DNA from: Eledone cirrhosa
Taxonomy: Eukaryota
Assembly (NCBI GenBank): GCA_964016885.1
Contig: OZ024741.1
Span: forward strand, 24,118,001 to 24,182,000
DNA length: 64,000 nt
Reading direction: 5' to 3'
The notes beneath the pieces were generated by a model. The model was not told the origin of the DNA and did not search any database. It saw only the letters and a list, made by a program, of their open reading frames with translations. Numbering within the stretch: position 1 is the stretch's first letter; each line of letters opens with the position of its first letter. Made by a program: the position numbers and the translations under genes. Shown in pieces: positions 1-15,095 of the stretch.

Positions 1-3000
1 ATAGTAAAAGTCTGTGCTGCAGCCATGACCTAACCCTAATCCAGTACATATATAGTAAAAGACTATGCTTCAGCTGTCACCTAAACCTAATCCAGTACAT
101 CTATAGTAAAAGACTGTGCTTCAGCTGTCACCTAACTCTAATCCAGTACATATATAGTAAAAGACTGTGCTGCAGCCATGACCTAACCCTAATCCAGTAC
201 ATATATAGTAAAAGACTGTGCTTCAGCTGTCACCTAAACCTAATCCAGTACATCTATAGTAAAAGACTGTGCTTCAGCTGTCACCTAACCCTAATCCAGT
301 ACATATATAGTAAAAGACTGTGCTTCAGCCATGACCTAACCCTAATCCAGTACATATATAGTAAAAGACTGTGCTTCAGCTGTCACCTAACTCTAATCCA
401 GTACATATATAGTAAAAGACTGTGCTGCAGCCATGACCTAACCCTAATCCAGTACATATATAGTAAAAGACTGTGCTTCAGCTGTCACCTAACTCTAATC
501 CAGTACATATATAGTAAAAGACTGTGCTTCAGCTGTCACCTAACTCTAATCCAGTACATATATAGTAAAAGACTGTGCTGCAGCCATGACCTAACCCTAA
601 TCCAGTACATATATAGTAAAAGACTGTGCTTCAGCTGTCACCTAACTCTAATCCAGTACATATATAGTAAAAGACTGTGCTTCAGCTGTCACCTAACTCT
701 AATCCAGTACATATATAGTAAAAGACTGTGCTGCAGCCATGACCTAACCCTAATCCAGTACATATATAGTAAAAGACTGTGCTTCAGCTGTCACCTAACT
801 CTAATCCAGTACATATATAGTAAAAGACTGTGCTTCAGCCATGACCTAACCATAATCCAGTACATATATAGTAAAAGACTGTGCTGCAGCCATGACCTAA
901 CCCTAATCCAGTACATATATAGTAAAAGACTGTGCTTCAGCTGTCACCTAACCCTAATCCAGTACATATATAGTAAAAGACTGTGCTTCAGCTGTCACCT
1001 AACTCTAATCCAGTACATATATAGTAAAAGACTGTGCTGCAGCCATGACCTAACCCTAATCCAGTACATATATAGTAAAAGACTGTGCTTCAGCTGTCAC
1101 CTAAACCTAATCCAGTACATCTATAGTAAAAGACTGTGCTTCAGCCATGACCTAACCATAATCCAGTACATATATAGTAAAAGACTATGCTTCAGCCATG
1201 ACCTAACCATAATCCAGTACATATATAGTAAAAGACTGTGCTTCAGCCATGACCTAACCCTAATCCAGTACATATATAGTAAAAGACTGTCCTTCAGCTG
1301 TCACCTAACCTTAATCCAGTACATATATAGTAAAAGACTGTGCTTCAGCCATGACCTAACCCTAATCCAGTACATATATAGTAAAAGACTGTGCTTCAGC
1401 CATGACCTAACCATAATCCAGTACATATATAGTAAAAGACTGTGCTGCAGCCATGACCTAACCCTAATCCAGTACATATATAGTAAAAGACTGTGCTTCA
1501 GCCATGACCTAACCATAATCCAGTACATATATAGTAAAAGACTGTGCTTCAGCCATGACCTAACCCTAATCCAGTACATATATAGTAAAAGACTGTGCTT
1601 CAGCCATGACCTAACCATAATCCAGTACATATATAGTAAAAGACTGTGCTTCAGCTGTCACCTAAACCTAATCCAGTACATCTATAGTAAAAGACTGTGC
1701 TTCAGCTGTCACCTAACCCTAATCCAGTACATATATAGTAAAAGACTGTGCTTCAGCCATGACCTAACCCTAATCCAGTACATATATAGTAAAAGACTGT
1801 GCTTCAGCTGTCACCTAACTCTAATCCAGTACATATATAGTAAAAGACTGTGCTGCAGCCATGACCTAACCCTAATCCAGTACATATATAGTAAAAGACT
1901 GTGCTTCAGCTGTCACCTAACTCTAATCCAGTACATATATAGTAAAAGACTGTGCTGCAGCCATGACCTAACCCTAATCCAGTACATATATAGTAAAAGA
2001 CTGTGCTTCAGCTGTCACCTAAACCTAATCCAGTACATCTATAGTAAAAGACTGTGCTTCAGCTGTCACCTAACTCTAATCCAGTACATATATAGTAAAA
2101 GACTGTGCTGCAGCCATGACCTAACCCTAATCCAGTACATATATAGTAAAAGACTGTGCTTCAGCTGTCACCTAAACCTAATCCAGTACATCTATAGTAA
2201 AAGACTGTGCTTCAGCTGTCACCTAACTCTAATCCAGTACATATATAGTAAAAGACTGTGCTGCAGCCATGACCTAACCCTAATCCAGTACATATATAGT
2301 AAAAGACTGTGCTTCAGCTGTCACCTAAACCTAATCCAGTACATCTATAGTAAAAGACTGTGCTTCAGCTGTCACCTAACCCTAATCCAGTACATATATA
2401 GTAAAAGACTGTGCTTCAGCCATGACCTAACCCTAATCCAGTACATATATAGTAAAAGACTGTGCTTCAGCTGTCACCTAACTCTAATCCAGTACATATA
2501 TAGTAAAAGACTGTGCTGCAGCCATGACCTAACCCTAATCCAGTACATATATAGTAAAAGACTGTGCTTCAGCTGTCACCTAACTCTAATCCAGTACATA
2601 TATAGTAAAAGACTGTGCTTCAGCTGTCACCTAAACCTAATCCAGTACATCTATAGTAAAAGACTGTGCTTCAGCTGTCACCTAACCCTAATCCAGTACA
2701 TATATAGTAAAAGACTGTGCTTCAGCCATGACCTAACCCTAATCCAGTACATATATAGTAAAAGACTGTGCTTCAGCTGTCACCTAACTCTAATCCAGTA
2801 CATATATAGTAAAAGACTGTGCTGCAGCCATGACCTAACCCTAATCCAGTACATATATAGTAAAAGACTGTGCTTCAGCTGTCACCTAACTCTAATCCAG
2901 TACATATATAGTAAAAGACTGTGCTTCAGCTGTCACCTAACTCTAATCCAGTACATATATAGTAAAAGACTGTGCTGCAGCCATGACCTAACCCTAATCC

Positions 3001-6000
3001 AGTACATATATAGTAAAAGACTGTGCTTCAGCTGTCACCTAACTCTAATCCAGTACATATATAGTAAAAGACTGTGCTTCAGCTGTCACCTAACTCTAAT
3101 CCAGTACATATATAGTAAAAGACTGTGCTGCAGCCATGACCTAACCCTAATCCAGTACATATATAGTAAAAGACTGTGCTTCAGCTGTCACCTAACTCTA
3201 ATCCAGTACATATATAGTAAAAGACTGTGCTTCAGCCATGACCTAACCATAATCCAGTACATATATAGTAAAAGACTGTGCTGCAGCCATGACCTAACCC
3301 TAATCCAGTACATATATAGTAAAAGACTGTGCTTCAGCTGTCACCTAACCCTAATCCAGTACATATATAGTAAAAGACTGTGCTTCAGCTGTCACCTAAC
3401 TCTAATCCAGTACATATATAGTAAAAGACTGTGCTGCAGCCATGACCTAACCCTAATCCAGTACATATATAGTAAAAGACTGTGCTTCAGCTGTCACCTA
3501 AACCTAATCCAGTACATCTATAGTAAAAGACTGTGCTTCAGCCATGACCTAACCATAATCCAGTACATATATAGTAAAAGACTATGCTTCAGCCATGACC
3601 TAACCATAATCCAGTACATATATAGTAAAAGACTGTGCTTCAGCCATGACCTAACCCTAATCCAGTACATATATAGTAAAAGACTGTCCTTCAGCTGTCA
3701 CCTAACCTTAATCCAGTACATATATAGTAAAAGACTGTGCTTCAGCCATGACCTAACCCTAATCCAGTACATATATAGTAAAAGACTGTGCTTCAGCCAT
3801 GACCTAACCATAATCCAGTACATATATAGTAAAAGACTGTGCTGCAGCCATGACCTAACCCTAATCCAGTACATATATAGTAAAAGACTGTGCTTCAGCC
3901 ATGACCTAACCATAATCCAGTACATATATAGTAAAAGACTGTGCTTCAGCCATGACCTAACCCTAATCCAGTACATATATAGTAAAAGACTGTGCTTCAG
4001 CCATGACCTAACCATAATCCAGTACATATATAGTAAAAGACTGTGCTTCAGCTGTCACCTAAACCTAATCCAGTACATCTATAGTAAAAGACTGTGCTTC
4101 AGCTGTCACCTAACCCTAATCCAGTACATATATAGTAAAAGACTGTGCTTCAGCCATGACCTAACCCTAATCCAGTACATATATAGTAAAAGACTGTGCT
4201 TCAGCTGTCACCTAACTCTAATCCAGTACATATATAGTAAAAGACTGTGCTGCAGCCATGACCTAACCCTAATCCAGTACATATATAGTAAAAGACTGTG
4301 CTTCAGCTGTCACCTAACTCTAATCCAGTACATATATAGTAAAAGACTGTGCTGCAGCCATGACCTAACCCTAATCCAGTACATATATAGTAAAAGACTG
4401 TGCTTCAGCTGTCACCTAAACCTAATCCAGTACATCTATAGTAAAAGACTGTGCTTCAGCTGTCACCTAACTCTAATCCAGTACATATATAGTAAAAGAC
4501 TGTGCTGCAGCCATGACCTAACCCTAATCCAGTACATATATAGTAAAAGACTGTGCTTCAGCTGTCACCTAAACCTAATCCAGTACATCTATAGTAAAAG
4601 ACTGTGCTTCAGCTGTCACCTAACTCTAATCCAGTACATATATAGTAAAAGACTGTGCTGCAGCCATGACCTAACCCTAATCCAGTACATATATAGTAAA
4701 AGACTGTGCTTCAGCTGTCACCTAAACCTAATCCAGTACATCTATAGTAAAAGACTGTGCTTCAGCTGTCACCTAACCCTAATCCAATACATATATAGTA
4801 AAAGACTGTGCTTCAGCCATGACCTAACCCTAATCCAGTACATATATAGTAAAAGACTGTGCTTCAGCTGTCACCTAACTCTAATCCAGTACATATATAG
4901 TAAAAGACTGTGCTGCAGCCATGACCTAACCCTAATCCAGTACATATATAGTAAAAGACTGTGCTTCAGCTGTCACCTAACTCTAATCCAGTACATATAT
5001 AGTAAAAGACTGTGCTTCAGCTGTCACCTAAACCTAATCCAGTACATCTATAGTAAAAGACTGTGCTTCAGCTGTCACCTAACCCTAATCCAGTACATAT
5101 ATAGTAAAAGACTGTGCTTCAGCCATGACCTAACCCTAATCCAGTACATATATAGTAAAAGACTGTGCTTCAGCTGTCACCTAACTCTAATCCAGTACAT
5201 ATATATTAAAAGACTGTGCTGCAGCCATGATCTAACCCTAATCCAGTACATATATAGTAAAAGACTGTGCTTCAGCTGTCACCTAACTCTAATCCAGTAC
5301 ATATATAGTAAAAGACTGTGCTTCAGCTGTCACCTAACTCTAATCCAGTACATATATAGTAAAAGACTGTGCTGCAGCCATGACCTAACCCTAATCCAGT
5401 ACATATATAGTAAAAGACTGTGCTTCAGCTGTCACCTAACTCTAATCCAGTACATATATAGTAAAAGACTGTGCTTCAGCTGTCACCTAACTCTAATCCA
5501 GTACATATATAGTAAAAGACTGTGCTGCAGCCATGACCTAACCCTAATCCAGTACATATATAGTAAAAGACTGTGCTTCAGCTGTCACCTAACTCTAATC
5601 CAGTACATATATAGTAAAAGACTCTGCTTCAGCCATGACCTAACCATAATCCAGTACATATATAGTAAAAGACTGTGCTGCAGCCATGACCTAACCCTAA
5701 TCCAGTACATATATAGTAAAAGACTGTGCTTCAGCCATGACCTAACCATAATCCAGTACATATATAGTAAAAGACTGTGCTTCAGCCATGACCTAACCCT
5801 AATCCAGTACATATATAGTAAAAGACTGTGCTTCAGCCATGACCTAACCATAATCCAGTACATATATAGTAAAAGACTGTGCTTCAGCTGTCACCTAAAC
5901 CTAATCCAGTACATCTATAGTAAAAGACTGTGCTTCAGCTGTCACCTAACCCTAATCCAGTACATATATAGTAAAAGACTGTGCTTCAGCCATGACCTAA

Positions 6001-9000
6001 CCCTAATCCAGTACATATATAGTAAAAGACTGTGCTTCAGCTGTCACCTAACTCTAATCCAGTACATATATAGTAAAAGACTGTGCTGCAGCCATGACCT
6101 AACCCTAATCCAGTACATATATAGTAAAAGACTGTGCTTCAGCTGTCACCTAACTCTAATCCAGTACATATATAGTAAAAGACTGTGCTGCAGCCATGAC
6201 CTAACCCTAATCCAGTACATATATAGTAAAAGACTGTGCTTCAGCTGTCACCTAAACCTAATCCAGTACATCTATAGTAAAAGACTGTGCTTCAGCTGTC
6301 ACCTAACTCTAATCCAGTACATATATAGTAAAAGACTGTGCTGCAGCCATGACCTAACCCTAATCCAGTACATATATAGTAAAAGACTGTGCTTCAGCTG
6401 TCACCTAAACCTAATCCAGTACATCTATAGTAAAAGACTGTGCTTCAGCTGTCACCTAACTCTAATCCAGTACATATATAGTAAAAGACTGTGCTGCAGC
6501 CATGACCTAACCCTAATCCAGTACATATATAGTAAAAGACTGTGCTTCAGCTGTCACCTAAACCTAATCCAGTACATCTATAGTAAAAGACTGTGCTTCA
6601 GCTGTCACCTAACCCTAATCCAGTACATATATAGTAAAAGACTGTGCTTCAGCCATGACCTAACCCTAATCCAGTACATATATAGTAAAAGACTGTGCTT
6701 CAGCTGTCACCTAACTCTAATCCAGTACATATATAGTAAAAGACTGTGCTGCAGCCATGACCTAACCCTAATCCAGTACATATATAGTAAAAGACTGTGC
6801 TTCAGCTGTCACCTAACTCTAATCCAGTACATATATAGTAAAAGACTGTGCTTCAGCTGTCACCTAAACCTAATCCAGTACATCTATAGTAAAAGACTGT
6901 GCTTCAGCTGTCACCTAACCCTAATCCAGTACATATATAGTAAAAGACTGTGCTTCAGCCATGACCTAACCCTAATCCAGTACATATATAGTAAAAGACT
7001 GTGCTTCAGCTGTCACCTAACTCTAATCCAGTACATATATAGTAAAAGACTGTGCTGCAGCCATGACCTAACCCTAATCCAGTACATATATAGTAAAAGA
7101 CTGTGCTTCAGCTGTCACCTAACTCTAATCCAGTACATATATAGTAAAAGACTGTGCTTCAGCTGTCACCTAACTCTAATCCAGTACATATATAGTAAAA
7201 GACTGTGCTGCAGCCATGACCTAACCCTAATCCAGTACATATATAGTAAAAGACTGTGCTTCAGCTGTCACCTAACTCTAATCCAGTACATATATAGTAA
7301 AAGACTGTGCTTCAGCTGTCACCTAACTCTAATCCAGTACATATATAGTAAAAGACTGTGCTGCAGCCATGACCTAACCCTAATCCAGTACATATATAGT
7401 AAAAGACTGTGCTTCAGCTGTCACCTAACTCTAATCCAGTACATATATAGTAAAAGACTGTGCTTCAGCCATGACCTAACCATAATCCAGTACATATATA
7501 GTAAAAGACTGTGCTGCAGCCATGACCTAACCCTAATCCAGTACATATATAGTAAAAGACTGTGCTTCAGCTGTCACCTAACCCTAATCCAGTACATATA
7601 TAGTAAAAGACTGTGCTTCAGCTGTCACCTAACTCTAATCCAGTACATATATAGTAAAAGACTGTGCTGCAGCCATGACCTAACCCTAATCCAGTACATA
7701 TATAGTAAAAGACTGTGCTTCAGCTGTCACCTAAACCTAATCCAGTACATCTATAGTAAAAGACTGTGCTTCAGCCATGACCTAACCATAATCCAGTACA
7801 TATATAGTAAAAGACTATGCTTCAGCCATGACCTAACCATAATCCAGTACATATATAGTAAAAGACTGTGCTTCAGCCATGACCTAACCCTAATCCAGTA
7901 CATATATAGTAAAAGACTGTCCTTCAGCTGTCACCTAACCTTAATCCAGTACATATATAGTAAAAGACTGTGCTTCAGCCATGACCTAACCCTAATCCAG
8001 TACATATATAGTAAAAGACTGTGCTTCAGCCATGACCTAACCATAATCCAGTACATATATAGTAAAAGACTGTGCTGCAGCCATGACCTAACCCTAATCC
8101 AGTACATATATAGTAAAAGACTGTGCTTCAGCCATGACCTAACCATAATCCAGTACATATATAGTAAAAGACTGTGCTTCAGCCATGACCTAACCCTAAT
8201 CCAGTACATATATAGTAAAAGACTGTGCTTCAGCCATGACCTAACCATAATCCAGTACATATATAGTAAAAGACTGTGCTTCAGCTGTCACCTAAACCTA
8301 ATCCAGTACATCTATAGTAAAAGACTGTGCTTCAGCTGTCACCTAACCCTAATCCAGTACATATATAGTAAAAGACTGTGCTTCAGCCATGACCTAACCC
8401 TAATCCAGTACATATATAGTAAAAGACTGTGCTTCAGCTGTCACCTAACTCTAATCCAGTACATATATAGTAAAAGACTGTGCTGCAGCCATGACCTAAC
8501 CCTAATCCAGTACATATATAGTAAAAGACTGTGCTTCAGCTGTCACCTAACTCTAATCCAGTACATATATAGTAAAAGACTGTGCTGCAGCCATGACCTA
8601 ACCCTAATCCAGTACATATATAGTAAAAGACTGTGCTTCAGCTGTCACCTAAACCTAATCCAGTACATCTATAGTAAAAGACTGTGCTTCAGCTGTCACC
8701 TAACTCTAATCCAGTACATATATAGTAAAAGACTGTGCTGCAGCCATGACCTAACCCTAATCCAGTACATATATAGTAAAAGACTGTGCTTCAGCTGTCA
8801 CCTAAACCTAATCCAGTACATCTATAGTAAAAGACTGTGCTTCAGCTGTCACCTAACTCTAATCCAGTACATATATAGTAAAAGACTGTGCTGCAGCCAT
8901 GACCTAACCCTAATCCAGTACATATATAGTAAAAGACTGTGCTTCAGCTGTCACCTAAACCTAATCCAGTACATCTATAGTAAAAGACTGTGCTTCAGCT

Positions 9001-12000
9001 GTCACCTAACCCTAATCCAGTACATATATAGTAAAAGACTGTGCTTCAGCCATGACCTAACCCTAATCCAGTACATATATAGTAAAAGACTGTGCTTCAG
9101 CTGTCACCTAACTCTAATCCAGTACATATATAGTAAAAGACTGTGCTGCAGCCATGACCTAACCCTAATCCAGTACATATATAGTAAAAGACTGTGCTTC
9201 AGCTGTCACCTAACTCTAATCCAGTACATATATAGTAAAAGACTGTGCTTCAGCTGTCACCTAAACCTAATCCAGTACATCTATAGTAAAAGACTGTGCT
9301 TCAGCTGTCACCTAACCCTAATCCAGTACATATATAGTAAAAGACTGTGCTTCAGCCATGACCTAACCCTAATCCAGTACATATATAGTAAAAGACTGTG
9401 CTTCAGCTGTCACCTAACTCTAATCCAGTACATATATATTAAAAGACTGTGCTGCAGCCATGATCTAACCCTAATCCAGTACATATATAGTAAAAGACTG
9501 TGCTTCAGCTGTCACCTAACTCTAATCCAGTACATATATAGTAAAAGACTGTGCTTCAGCTGTCACCTAACTCTAATCCAGTACATATATAGTAAAAGAC
9601 TGTGCTGCAGCCATGACCTAACCCTAATCCAGTACATATATAGTAAAAGACTGTGCTTCAGCTGTCACCTAACTCTAATCCAGTACATATATAGTAAAAG
9701 ACTGTGCTTCAGCTGTCACCTAACTCTAATCCAGTACATATATAGTAAAAGACTGTGCTGCAGCCATGACCTAACCCTAATCCAGTACATATATAGTAAA
9801 AGACTGTGCTTCAGCTGTCACCTAACTCTAATCCAGTACATATATAGTAAAAGACTCTGCTTCAGCCATGACCTAACCATAATCCAGTACATATATAGTA
9901 AAAGACTGTGCTGCAGCCATGACCTAACCCTAATCCAGTACATATATAGTAAAAGACTGTGCTTCAGCTGTCACCTAAACCTAATCCAGTACATCTATAG
10001 TAAAAGACTGTGCTTCAGCCATGACCTAACTCTAATCCAGTACATATATAGTAAAAGACTGTGCTTCAGCTGTCGCCTAACTCTAATCCAGTACATATAT
10101 AGTAAAAGACTGTGCTGCAGCCATGACCTAACCCTAATCCAGTACATATATAGTAAAAGACTGTGCTTCAGCTGTCACCTAACTCTAATCCAGTACATAT
10201 ATAGTAAAAGACTGTGCTTCAGCTGTCACCAAACTCTAATCCAGTACATATATAGTAAAAGACTGTGCTGCAGCCATGACCTAACCCTAATCCAGTACAT
10301 ATATAGTAAAAAACTGTGCTTCAGCTGTCACCTAACTCTAATCCAGTACATATATAGTAAAAGACTGTGCTGCAGCCATGACCTAACCCTAATCCAGTAC
10401 ATATATAGTAAAAGACTGTGCTTCAGCTGTCACCTAAACCTAATCCAGTACATCTATAGTAAAAGACTGTGCTTCAGCTGTCACCTAACTCTAATCCAGT
10501 ACATATATAGTAAAAGACTGTGCTGCAGCCATGACCTAACCCTAATCCAGTACATATATAGTAAAAGACTGTGCTTCAGCTGTCACCTAAACCTAATCCA
10601 GTACATCTATAGTAAAAGACTGTGCTTCAGCTGTCACCTAACCCTAATCCAGTACATATATAGTAAAAGACTGTGCTTCAGCCATGACCTAACCCTAATC
10701 CAGTACATATATAGTAAAAGACTGTGCTTCAGCTGTCACCTAACTCTAATCCAGTACATATATAGTAAAAGACTGTGCTGCAGCCATGACCTAACCCTAA
10801 TCCAGTACATATATAGTAAAAGACTGTGCTTCAGCTGTCACCTAACTCTAATCCAGTACATATATAGTAAAAGACTGTGCTTCAGCTGTCACCTAACACT
10901 AATCCAGTACATATATAGTAAAAGACTGTGCTGCAGCCATGACCTAACCCTAATCCAGTACATATATAGTAAAAGACTGTGCTTCAGCTGTCACCTAACT
11001 CTAATCCAGTACATATATAGTAAAAGACTGTGCTGCAGCCATGACCTAACCCTAATCCAGTACATATATAGTAAAAGACTGTGCTTCAGCTGTCACCTAA
11101 ACCTAATCCAGTACATCTATATTAAAAGACTGTGCTTCAGCTGTCACCTAACTCTAATCCAGTACATATATAGTAAAAGACTGTGCTGCAGCCATGACCT
11201 AACCCTAATCCAGTACATATATAGTAAAAGACTGTGCTTCAGCTGTCACCTAAACCTAATCCAGTACATCTATAGTAAAAGACTGTGCTTCAGCTGTCAC
11301 CTAACCCTAATCCAGTACATATATAGTAAAAGACTGTGCTTCAGCCATGACCTAACCCTAAACCAGTACATATATAGTAAAAGACTGTGCTTCAGCTGTC
11401 ACCTAACCCTAATCCAGTACATATATAGTAAAAGACTGTGCTTCAGCTGTGACCTAACTCTAATCCAGTACATATATAGTAAAAGACTGTGCTTCAGCCA
11501 TGACCTAACCCTAATCCAGTACATCTATAGTAAAAGACTGTGCTTCAGCTGTCACCTAACCCTAATCCAGTACATATATAGTAAAAGACTGTGCTTCAGC
11601 CATGACCTAACCCTAATCCAGTACATATATAGTAAAAGACTGTGCTTCAGCTGTCACCTAACTCTAATCCAGTACATATATAGTAAAAGACTGTGCTGCA
11701 GCCATGACCTAACCCTAATCCAGTACATATATAGTAAAAGACTGTGCTTCAGCTGTCACCTAACTCTAATCCAGTACATATATAGTAAAAGACTGTGCTG
11801 CAGCCATGACCTAACCCTAATCCAGTACATATATAGTAAAAGACTGTGCTTCAGCTGTCACCTAAACCTAATCCAGTACATCTATAGTAAAAGACTGTGC
11901 TTCAGCTGTCACCTAACTCTAATCCAGTACATATATAGTAAAAGACTGTGCTGCAGCCATGACCTAACCCTAATCCAGTACATATATAGTAAAAGACTGT

Positions 12001-12591
12001 GCTTCAGCTGTCACCTAAACCTAATCCAGTACATCTATAGTAAAAGACTGTGCTTCAGCTGTCACCTAACTCTAATCCAGTACATATATAGTAAAAGACT
12101 GTGCTGCAGCCATGACCTAACCCTAATCCAGTACATATATAGTAAAAGACTGTGCTTCAGCTGTCACCTAAACCTAATCCAGTACATCTATAGTAAAAGA
12201 CTGTGCTTCAGCTGTCACCTAACCCTAATCCAGTACATATACAGTAAAAGACTGTGCTTCAGCCATGACCTAACCCTAATCCAGTACATATATAGTAAAA
12301 GACTGTGCTTCAGCTGTCACCTAACTCTAATCCAGTACATATATAGTAAAAGACTGTGCTGCAGCCATGACCTAACCCTAATCCAGTACATATATAGTAA
12401 AAGACTGTGCTTCAGCTGTCACCTAACTCTAATCCAGTACATATATAGTAAAAGACTGTGCTTCAGCTGTCACCTAAACCTAATCCAGTACATCTATAGT
12501 AAAAGACTGTGCTTCAGCTGTCACCTAACCCTAATCCAGTACATATATAGTAAAAGACTGTGCTTCAGCCATGACCTAACCCTAATCCAGT
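1..12591. repeat. 51-bp satellite array (~247 units; runs off the window start and ends at an assembly gap)
   Basis: Unit ATAGTAAAAGACTGTGCTTCAGCCATGACCTAACCCTAATCCAGTACATAT. Two interspersed subtypes (CAGCCATGACC vs CAGCTGTCACC) plus diagnostic single-base variants. Confidence 0.98.
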
Positions 12592-12791
12592 NNNNNNNNN
12601 NNNNNNNNNNNNNNNNNNNNNNNNNNNNNNNNNNNNNNNNNNNNNNNNNNNNNNNNNNNNNNNNNNNNNNNNNNNNNNNNNNNNNNNNNNNNNNNNNNNN
12701 NNNNNNNNNNNNNNNNNNNNNNNNNNNNNNNNNNNNNNNNNNNNNNNNNNNNNNNNNNNNNNNNNNNNNNNNNNNNNNNNNNNNNNNNNNN
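12592..12791. other. Scaffolding gap (200 N)
   Basis: Run of exactly 200 N, a fixed-size placeholder, so the true distance across it is unknown. Confidence 0.97.
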
Positions 12792-12907
12792 AAGGGTCTT
12801 TCATGGCGATTGCACATTCAAAACATAACCAGAAAATTACTTCAGCCCTTAACTTGTGATCTTTTAAGAAAAGGTAGCTTGTCTGATAAAATATAATCAG
12901 ACAGACG

Positions 12908-15095
12908 GTCCAGTCACTGTCCCACATATACTGTCACTGTCGGACACTCCATCCTCTGTCCCACATATACTGTCACTGTCAGACACTCCAGCCTCTGTCA
13001 AAGATATACTGTCACTGTCAGACACTCCAGCCTCTGTCAAAGATATACTGTCACTGTCAGACACTCCATCCTCTGTCCCACATATACTGTCACTGTCAGA
13101 CACTCCAGCCTCTGTCCCACATGTACTGTCACTGTCAGACACTCCACCTCTGTCCCACATATACTGTCACTGTCAGACACTCCTGCCTCTGTCAAAGATA
13201 TACTGTCACTGTCAGACACTCCAGCCTCTGTCCCACATATACTGTCAGTCAGACACTCCAGCCTCTGTCCCACATATACTGTCACTGTCAGACACTCCAG
13301 CCTCTGTCCCACATATACTGTCAGTCAGACACTCCAGCCTCTGTCCCACATATACTGTCACTGTCAGACACTCCAGCCTTTGTCCCACATATACTGTCAC
13401 TGTCAGACACTCCAGCCTCTGTCCCACATATACTGTCACTGTCAGACACTCCAGCCTCTGTCAAAGATATACTGTCACTGTCAGACACTCCAGCCTCTGT
13501 CAAAGATATACTGTCACTGTCAGACACTCCAGCCTCTGTCAAAGATATACTGTTACTGTCAGACACTCCAGCCTTTGTCCCACATATACTGTCACTGTCA
13601 GACACTCCAGCCTCTGTCCTACATATACTGTCACTGTCAGACACTCCAGCCTCTGTCAAAGATATACTGTCACTGTCAGACACTCCAGCCTCTGTCCCAC
13701 ATATACTGTCACTGTCAGACACTCCAGCCTCTGTCAAAGATATACTGTCACTGTCAGACACTCCAGCCTCTGTCAAAGATATACTGTCACTGTCAGACAC
13801 TCCAGCCTCTGTCAAAGATATACTGTCACTGTCAGACACTCCATCCTCTGTCCCACATATACTGTCACTGTCAGACATTCCAGCCTCTGTCAAAGATATA
13901 CTGTCACTGTCAGACACTCCAGCCTCTGTCCCACATATACTGTCACTGTCAGACACTCCAGCCTCTGTCCCACATGTACTGTCACTGTCAGACACTCCAC
14001 CTCTGTCCCACATATACTGTCACTGTCAGACACTCCAGCCTCTGTCCCACATGTACTGTCACTGTCAGACACTCCACCTCTGTCCCACATATACTGTCAG
14101 TCAGACACTCCAGCCTCTGTCCCACATATACTGTCACTGTCAGACACTCCAGCCTCTGTCCCACATATACTGTCACTGTCAGACACTCCATCCTCTGTCC
14201 CACATATACTGTCACTGTCAGACACTCCACCTCTGTCCCACATATACTGTCACCGTCAGACACTCCAGCCTCTGTCCCACATATACTGTCACTGTCAGAA
14301 ACTCCAGCCTCTGTCAAAGATATACTGTCACTGTCAGACACTCCAGCCTCTGTCAAAGATATACTGTCACTGTCAGACACTCCAGCCTCTGTCCCACATA
14401 TACTGTCACTGTCAGACACTCCAGCCTCTGTCCCACATATACTGTCACTGTCAGACACTCCAGCCTCTGTCCCACATATACTGTCACTGTCAGACACTCC
14501 AGCCTCTGTCCCACATATACTGTCACTGTCAGACACTCCATCCTCTGTCCCACATATACTGTCACTGTCAGACACTCCACCTCTGTCCCACATATACTGT
14601 CACCGTCAGACACTCCAGCCTCTGTCCCACATATACTGTCACTGTCAGAAACTCCAGCCTCTGTCAAAGATATACTGTCACTGTCAGACACTCCAGCCTC
14701 TGTCAAAGATATACTGTCACTGTCAGACACTCCAGCCTCTGTCCCACATATACTGTCACTGTCAGACACTCCAGCCTCTGTCCCACATATACTGTCACTG
14801 TCAGACACTCCAGCCTCTGTCCCACATATACTGTCACTGTCAGACACTCCAGCCTCTGTCCCACATATACTGTCACTGTCAGACACTCCAGCCTCTGTCC
14901 CACATATACTGTCACTGTCAGACACTCCAGCCTCTGTCAAAGATATACTGTCACTGTCAGACACTCCAGCCTCTGTCAAAGATATACTGTCACTCACTCC
15001 AGCCTCTGTCAAAGATATACTGTTACTGTCAGACACTCCAGCCTCTGTCCCACATATACTGTCACTGTCAGACACTCCAGCCTCTGTCTCACATA
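12908..15095. repeat. 39-bp minisatellite (~56 units)
   Basis: Unit CTGTCACTGTCAGACACTCCAGCCTCTGTCCCACATATA, with CCACATATA/AAAGATATA variants and occasional 1-nt and 4-nt deletions. Confidence 0.97.

Noticed and set aside
1301-8260. Repeated 109-aa and 92-aa minus-strand ORFs
   Set aside because: These are runs of the satellite subtype that lacks the TGA. They mark the higher-order repeat and are not genes.
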